A DNA stretch of 60,001 nucleotides, from positions 1 through 60,001 of the forward strand of contig CAIWNX010000170.1 in the NCBI GenBank assembly GCA_903914175.1. Direction: 5' to 3'. Below are positions 54,394 to 60,001 of the stretch, one piece after another. The notes below the pieces were generated by a model. The model made no database searches. It saw nothing but the letters and a program-made list of their open reading frames with translations, and was not told where the DNA came from. The translations under genes were made by a program, and so were the position numbers. How positions within the stretch are numbered: position 1 is the stretch's first letter; every line of letters starts with the position of its first letter. This DNA comes from an uncultured beta proteobacterium (lineage in GTDB: Bacteria; Pseudomonadota; Gammaproteobacteria; Burkholderiales; Burkholderiaceae_C).

Positions 54394-55997
54394 GTGGACT
54401 GCAGCAGGCCAAGACGGCGCCTTGCCAGGCGGCCTGTCCAGCGGGAGTTGACGTGCCGCGCTACGTGCGCCATATCCGGGACGGCCGTTTTCTTGAGGCA
54501 CTGGCGGTGGTGCGCGAGCGCATTCCGTTTCCGCTGGTCTGTGGTTACGCCTGCCTTCATCCCTGCGAGTCAAAGTGCGCGCGCCAGCAGCTTGACGCAC
54601 CGGTGGCGATTCGCATGCTCAAACGCGTGGTGGCCGAGCAGGGGCAGCACGACGCAGTCCCGCTTGCGCGGTTGGCAGTCACGGGCCGCAAGGCGGCCGT
54701 CATTGGCGCCGGGCCCTGCGGTCTCACGGCCGCCTTTTACCTTGCGTTGCAAGGGCACGAGGTGACGGTGTTTGAGGCGCTGGAGCGCAGCGGTGGCATG
54801 TTGCGTTTCGGCATTCCGGCTTATCGCCTGCCAGAGTCGGTCATCGATGCCGACATCCGGGTGATAGAGCGCAGCGGCGTGAAGATCCAAACCGGCACGC
54901 GCGTGGCCTCGGCCGAAGCCCTGTTGCAGGATGGATTTGGCACCGTGCTGATCGCCTCGGGAGCCTGGCGTTCGGTGAAGCTGGGCGTACCCGGCGAGGA
55001 TGCAGCGCATGTCGTCGATGGCCTGACGTTCCTCAAGCAGGTCAACACCGGGGCCGCACCGAAACCCGGTGCGCGCGTGGTCGTGATCGGCGGCGGCAAC
55101 ACGGCAATCGATGCCGCGCGTGCCAGCCGGCGCCTGGGCGCGCAAGTGACCCAGCTCTATCGCCGCAGCCGCCCGGAAATGCCCGCCGCTGAGGAGGAAA
55201 TTGCCGACGCCATCGCCGAAGGCGTGCGCATTGAGTACCTTTGCGCACCGGTGCGTGTCAACCAGGGCGGCGTCACGTGTGTTCGCATGGCGCTGGGCGT
55301 TGCCGACGAAAGTGGCCGACCCCGGCCGCTGCCCGTTGCCGGCAGTGAATACACGATCAGCGCCGACACCGTGATCGCGGCCATCGGCCAGCAGGTGGAA
55401 CTGCCCGCCTCGTCGGTCGTGCAGGAGACGAATCGGACGGCGCGCGTGGACGCACAGACACTGGCAACTTCGGTCCATGGCATCTTTGCGGCAGGCGACG
55501 CCGTGCTGGGCCCGGCGTCGATCATCGACGCCATCGCGCAGGGCAGAACCGCTGCCAGCGCCATGGATCGTTTCCTTGGCGGCAGTGGCATCATTGACCG
55601 GCCCACGGCCAGCGCAGTGGCGTCTGAAGTTGCGCCGGCCATGCCGCATGGAACACCGAGAAATGTCTGGCAGACCCTGCCGCTGGCGCAGCGGCAGGAC
55701 GGCTTTGCGCTGGTGGAGCAAGCCTACGACAAGCAGACCGCGCGACACGAAGCCATGCGCTGCCTGTCGTGTGATCGGGTTGCATTCGATGTGGAAGTCA
55801 ATCCGGTCGTGTGCAAGGACTGCGGCTACTGCCAGGAAGTGTGCCGGCTCGATGTCTTCGAACGCTCGGAAGAGTTCAATGCCAGCGGCTACCAGAGCGC
55901 CGTGGCGACCCGGGCTGAAAGATGCGTTGGCTGTTTGAACTGCCTCTACATCTGCCCTGATTTCGCGATCACGCTCACACAGCGCACAGCAGTTTGA
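54390..55997 (+). CDS. GltD/SudA-like FAD- and NAD(P)-dependent oxidoreductase fused to a C-terminal 2[4Fe-4S] ferredoxin
   Basis: APCQAACP; CGYAC.HPCE.KC; GAGPCG; GIPAYRLP; GGGNTAID; YRRS; AAGD; EAMRCLSC; CKDCGYCQEVC; CVGCLNCLYICP. Confidence 0.92.
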   Translation: MSGLQQAKTAPCQAACPAGVDVPRYVRHIRDGRFLEALAVVRERIPFPLVCGYACLHPCESKCARQQLDAPVAIRMLKRVVAEQGQHDAVPLARLAVTGRKAAVIGAGPCGLTAAFYLALQGHEVTVFEALERSGGMLRFGIPAYRLPESVIDADIRVIERSGVKIQTGTRVASAEALLQDGFGTVLIASGAWRSVKLGVPGEDAAHVVDGLTFLKQVNTGAAPKPGARVVVIGGGNTAIDAARASRRLGAQVTQLYRRSRPEMPAAEEEIADAIAEGVRIEYLCAPVRVNQGGVTCVRMALGVADESGRPRPLPVAGSEYTISADTVIAAIGQQVELPASSVVQETNRTARVDAQTLATSVHGIFAAGDAVLGPASIIDAIAQGRTAASAMDRFLGGSGIIDRPTASAVASEVAPAMPHGTPRNVWQTLPLAQRQDGFALVEQAYDKQTARHEAMRCLSCDRVAFDVEVNPVVCKDCGYCQEVCRLDVFERSEEFNASGYQSAVATRAERCVGCLNCLYICPDFAITLTQRTAV

Positions 55998-56027
55998 GGC
56001 CGATTGATGGCCCCGGCGGTACTGAAT

Positions 56028-56471
56028 TCAAGGAGGCGTTGGCAGGTAGTCCTTGAGTAGCAAGTCATGCAGCCTGATATGGTTGGTGACCCAGTCACCG
56101 ATCATCTGTAGTACATCGGCACGCAGGGGGTTGTGGTACATCAGTTCAAGGTTGAGCTCGGCGAACTGACAAATAATTTCTATGTGCGCCTCCAAATGTT
56201 CCTGCACTTGGGCAATGGGCATGCCACAAGACCTGATGAACGCTTCTTCGGTGCGAAAGTGGGCAGGAAGCTCGATTCCCAGTCGGCACAGGACTGCGGT
56301 GAATTCGTTCGAATTCGGCGCTGCGCCCGGCATTGCCTTCAGGCGGCTTAGTAATTCAAACAGGCGATGGTGTTCGTTGTCGATAGACGCCACCCCAATC
56401 GGCAAGTGCGGATCAAGAGCCGCAGGCGGCTCTGCTTCATGGGTGTGTTGACTGTTTGAGGAGTCAGGCAT
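56028..56471 (-). CDS. Bacteriohemerythrin
   Basis: IGVASIDNEH..LF; HFRTEE; HLEAH; W..NHI..HD. Confidence 0.9.
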   Translation of the reverse strand: MPDSSNSQHTHEAEPPAALDPHLPIGVASIDNEHHRLFELLSRLKAMPGAAPNSNEFTAVLCRLGIELPAHFRTEEAFIRSCGMPIAQVQEHLEAHIEIICQFAELNLELMYHNPLRADVLQMIGDWVTNHIRLHDLLLKDYLPTPP

Positions 56472-56892
56472 GGCGTCTCACTTTGTTGAGGGCGTCCGGG
56501 CACCCCCCGAATTCCAGAAATGCATGAATCAATGCGGTCATGCGAGCGCTTGAGAGACAGGGCCCTGGCCCTGAAATACCAAAGCCGGGCTTTAGACGAT
56601 ATTCTCACAGTGCAAAACTGCGCGCAACAAGGGTGAATGCCATATTAATAGTAGGGTAATTGCTGTGCTGATCCAGCTAGAAGCCGTTCGTGGTGACCGG
56701 CACGTCTGGAGAAAGTTGTCGAACCGGATCGCAGCGTTGTTGACGGCCACGAATGCCCGCTTGCAGGCAAGCCAGCGTCAGGACTTCTGCGATCAGTCAG
56801 CGCCCGTTCATCACACTAGGGAAAACATTGATGACGACGAATCGCCGGAGGCGCAAAGTGGGCTTCTTTCGAGACCTGTAGGGAGAGCAGTC

Positions 56893-57315
56893 ATGCGAAT
56901 CGAAGGCAAATGCCACTGTAGCAACATCAGCTACGTATTTCACTGGCCGGGCGATGGAGGCGAGATACCGGTGAGGGCGTGCGGTTGCGACTTCTGCACC
57001 AAACATGGCGTATCCTGGACCTCTCATCGTGATTCTGAACTGATCGCCAAGATTGCTGACGCGTCTCTTGTCTCGAAATACAGATTTGGCACAGGCACCG
57101 CAGACTTCTACGTCTGTGCCCGCTGCGGAGTAGCGCCTTTCGTGACCTGCGCGATCGACGATCAGTTGTACGCCGTCGTCAACGCAAACACGTTCGAGGG
57201 CATCGACCGGGCCTCGTTGATCCGTGCAGCGACCAATTTCGACGGTGAGGGCACCGGGGAGCGTCTTGATCGCCGAAAACGCAGTTGGATTCCGAGTGTG
57301 AACATCTCAAGCTAA
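56893..57315 (+). CDS. GFA/CENP-V-family zinc protein
   Basis: GKCHC; CGCDFC; YRFGT; CARCGV. GGAG RBS before ATG 56893. Confidence 0.88.
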   Translation: MRIEGKCHCSNISYVFHWPGDGGEIPVRACGCDFCTKHGVSWTSHRDSELIAKIADASLVSKYRFGTGTADFYVCARCGVAPFVTCAIDDQLYAVVNANTFEGIDRASLIRAATNFDGEGTGERLDRRKRSWIPSVNISS

Positions 57316-57358
57316 AACTTGCACACATGAGAGGCGAGTCACTCGGGGGAGTTGAGAT

Positions 57359-57763
57359 ATGCAAAACCGTCCTGAAATCGAAAGTCGCAATCATCAGATT
57401 CGTGAAGAAGAACTGCACATTCCCTATCGAAAAGTCTTCAGACTCATTGTCATCTCTTTGATACTTCAGGCAGCCGGAACTCTTGCTGCTGCTTCTTACA
57501 TTGGCAAGACCAATACAGCGCAATTGCTTGATATCGGCACCATGCTTGCGATTGCCGTGTTCGTATGTGGGACGCTCATGTGGGGAAGGTTCCCAGGCGC
57601 AGAGGAGCCGTTTGTTGATAACATGGACAAAGATCGCTCACGCCATGGCTCGCGCGAAATGAGTGTCACCAATATGGTTCGCGGTGCTGTGCTCATGATC
57701 TCCAGCGTTCTGTACGTTTTGGGATGTATTGGTGTGAACTGGGTCGCTGGAATGATTGTGTAG
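57359..57763 (+). CDS. Hypothetical membrane protein (three TM segments)
   Basis: GGAG RBS; three hydrophobic stretches; no recognised motif. Confidence 0.6.
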   Translation: MQNRPEIESRNHQIREEELHIPYRKVFRLIVISLILQAAGTLAAASYIGKTNTAQLLDIGTMLAIAVFVCGTLMWGRFPGAEEPFVDNMDKDRSRHGSREMSVTNMVRGAVLMISSVLYVLGCIGVNWVAGMIV

Positions 57764-57955
57764 CGATGGGATTGCATAAAGATTCAAACGTCCAGAGCTT
57801 CGATGGGTTATCTGAACTGCCGGTCAAATGATCAGCGAACAGACTGGCATCGAATTTCCACTGGAGCCGAGGGAGGACATGGAGAGACGCTATGCGCCAG
57901 ACTTGTAAGCTACCCGCACCGTGATAGACCCGGCCACTCAATAGGTTTCGCATTC

Positions 57956-58873
57956 ATGAGCAAATCCGGCAAGCACAACAGGCCTAAAACGCGCACCCAC
58001 AAACTTGAGGGGCGAAAGATTACAGCGCACAGTTACGAGAGCGATCTTTTTCAAGATCTCTATCACTTGTGCTTGACAGCGCCGTGGCAGAGATTTTTTG
58101 CGTCAGCTGCGCTTGGATTCATCGCGCTCAATATCCTGTTTGCATTGCTCTACATGCTCGAGCCCGGCGGCATTGCCAATCTCGCGCCGCAAAACTTTTT
58201 GGGTTACTTCTTCTTTAGCGTCGAGACTTTGGCGACCGTGGGCTACGGCGACATGCATCCGCAAAGCCTTTACAGTCATGGCATAGCGACCGCTGAGGTG
58301 TTTATTGGCATGGCCAGTGTCGCCGTGTTGACGGGTCTTATTTTTGCCAGATTTTCAAAACCCAGGTCGCGGATCTTGTTTTCCAACAACCTTGTCATCA
58401 GCAACTTCAACGGCCAGCCCACACTCATGTTGCGCTCCGCCAATGCGCGCCTCAACTTGATTGCCAATGCCACGGCCAAGATGCATGTGCTGATTCAAGA
58501 AGTGTCGTTGGAAGGCCAGAAGATACGTCGCGTTTACGATCTGGAACTGGCGCGCAGCGACCAGCCGATGTTCCTGCTAACCTGGTCCATCATGCACACC
58601 ATCAACCCGGGCAGTCCACTGTATGGACTTTCGGCGCAGGACATGGCCGCGAAGGAACTGATCTTTTTGGTTCGCATCGTAGGTTTTGACGAGAGCATTG
58701 CCCAGGAGGTTCAAGTGCGAAAGAGCTATACCCACGAAGAAATATTGTGGGGCCATCAGTTTGACGACGTGATGTACCCTGACCCCATCGACGGCAGCAT
58801 CCACATCGACTATCTGCACTTCCACCGGACGCATCTCCAAAAGCAAGCGAGCGACAAGACATCAGTTGATTGA
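57956..58873 (+). CDS. Inward-rectifier potassium channel (KirBac-like)
   Basis: DLYH; FFFSVETLATVGYGDMHP; GLIFARFSKP; PTLMLR.AN; H.I...SPLYG. Confidence 0.93.
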   Translation: MSKSGKHNRPKTRTHKLEGRKITAHSYESDLFQDLYHLCLTAPWQRFFASAALGFIALNILFALLYMLEPGGIANLAPQNFLGYFFFSVETLATVGYGDMHPQSLYSHGIATAEVFIGMASVAVLTGLIFARFSKPRSRILFSNNLVISNFNGQPTLMLRSANARLNLIANATAKMHVLIQEVSLEGQKIRRVYDLELARSDQPMFLLTWSIMHTINPGSPLYGLSAQDMAAKELIFLVRIVGFDESIAQEVQVRKSYTHEEILWGHQFDDVMYPDPIDGSIHIDYLHFHRTHLQKQASDKTSVD

Positions 58874-60001
58874 ACAGCCTACCCCACCCGCGGCGCCCGT
58901 AGCGCGGCCGGCCGCAATGCGTTTCATCATGATTGCGGTGTTGATCGACATGATGGCGATCGGCCTGATGATCCCGGTGCTGCCGCATCTGGTGGGGCTG
59001 TTTACCCAATCCAAAAGCGACCAGGCGTTCTGGTTTGGCGCGGTTTCGTTTTCTTTCGGAATAGCCAACTTTTTTGGCTCGCCGATCCTCGGAGCACTGT
59101 CCGACCGCTTTGGTCGCCGCCCCGTTTTACTGATCGGGTTTTCGGGACTTGCCTTCAACTTCTTCATGACGGCCGCGGCCACCAGTCTGTGGATGTTGGT
59201 CTGGGTGCGGCTCATTGGCGGTGCGATGCAGGCCAATATTGCCGTGGCCAATGCCTACGTCGCTGATATCACACCACCCGAAGACCGCGCCAGGCGCTTT
59301 GGCCTGCTGGGTGCCATGATGGGCGTGGGTTTCATCCTCGGTCCGGCTTTGGGCGGAGTTTTGGGCGATATTGACCTGCGGTTGCCGTTTGTTGCTTCCG
59401 GGACAATGGCTGTCATCAACTGGATTTATGGCTATTTTGTGTTGCCCGAAAGCCTGCCGAAGCAACGGCGCACACCATTTGACTGGCGCAAGGCGAACCC
59501 TGTGTCGGCATTGCGCGGACTGTTCGACCTGCGTGGCGTCGGCCCACTGGTTGCCGTTATCGCTCTAAGCAACCTGGCGCAGTTCATGCTGCATTCGACC
59601 TGGGTTCTTTTTACGACCTTCAAGTTTGGCTGGGGGCCACATGAAACCGGCTTGTCACTCATGGCTGTTGGCGCTGTCAACGTGCTGATGCAGGGCGTCT
59701 TGCTCAAACACGTGTTGAAGCGCATTTCTCCTCAAAGGCTGGCCGTGATCGGTTTGGCAACCTCGACCGTGGCCTTCTGCGCTTTCGGGTTGGTGCCACA
59801 GAGTTGGATGGTATTTGTCATCATCGTGCTGAACATGCCATCGGCCGCTACCAGTTCCACATTGCAAAGCATCGTGTCGGGCGCGGCCCATGCCAGCATC
59901 CAGGGACGAACCCTGGGGGCCGTCTCATCGCTCAACAGCATGGTGGCTGTACTGGCACCTTTGGCAGGGGCGGGCTTGCTGACACTCGTATCCGATGCTC
60001 C
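58866..60001 (+). CDS. TCR/Tet-family MFS efflux transporter, 3' partial
   Basis: Not in the ORF track (no stop within the window). Reads [56 protein letters not shown]. Start TTG 58866 or ATG 58917. Confidence 0.88.
   Translation, partial: MIEQPTPPAAPVARPAAMRFIMIAVLIDMMAIGLMIPVLPHLVGLFTQSKSDQAFWFGAVSFSFGIANFFGSPILGALSDRFGRRPVLLIGFSGLAFNFFMTAAATSLWMLVWVRLIGGAMQANIAVANAYVADITPPEDRARRFGLLGAMMGVGFILGPALGGVLGDIDLRLPFVASGTMAVINWIYGYFVLPESLPKQRRTPFDWRKANPVSALRGLFDLRGVGPLVAVIALSNLAQFMLHSTWVLFTTFKFGWGPHETGLSLMAVGAVNVLMQGVLLKHVLKRISPQRLAVIGLATSTVAFCAFGLVPQSWMVFVIIVLNMPSAATSSTLQSIVSGAAHASIQGRTLGAVSSLNSMVAVLAPLAGAGLLTLVSDA

Noticed and set aside
58866-60001. Calling the MFS gene a tetracycline-resistance gene (tetA)
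   Set aside because: Only family-level motifs are visible, with no tetR or mobile context; substrate unknown.

Overview
GC-rich bacterial DNA that looks betaproteobacterial (Comamonadaceae/Rhodoferax-like by gene content; inference only). There are no rRNA, tRNA, CRISPR or intact mobile elements. The window opens inside a giant VCBS-repeat adhesin. It then contains a ~45 kb cluster of secreted and extracellular redox genes: (1) three paralogous Cys-rich secreted proteins of unknown function, each preceded by a sigma-54-type promoter, the third translationally coupled to a large MauG/BthA-like diheme enzyme; (2) an atypical Xcm/Oxp-like type II secretion operon ending in a NarL-type two-component system; (3) a PgcA-like FN3/monoheme cytochrome lipoprotein; (4) a copper chaperone with an outer-membrane barrel; (5) an ECF sigma/anti-sigma operon ending in an orphan OmcA/MtrC-type decaheme lipoprotein. 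A decayed GNAT toxin-antitoxin islet interrupts the cluster. The right end has a 2-oxoacid oxidoreductase operon with a GltD-like/ferredoxin fusion, a hemerythrin, a GFA protein, a KirBac channel and a partial MFS exporter. Best candidate for a new system: the three-paralog, MauG-like enzyme and T2SS module. All family assignments come from motif recognition by eye; no database searches were run.
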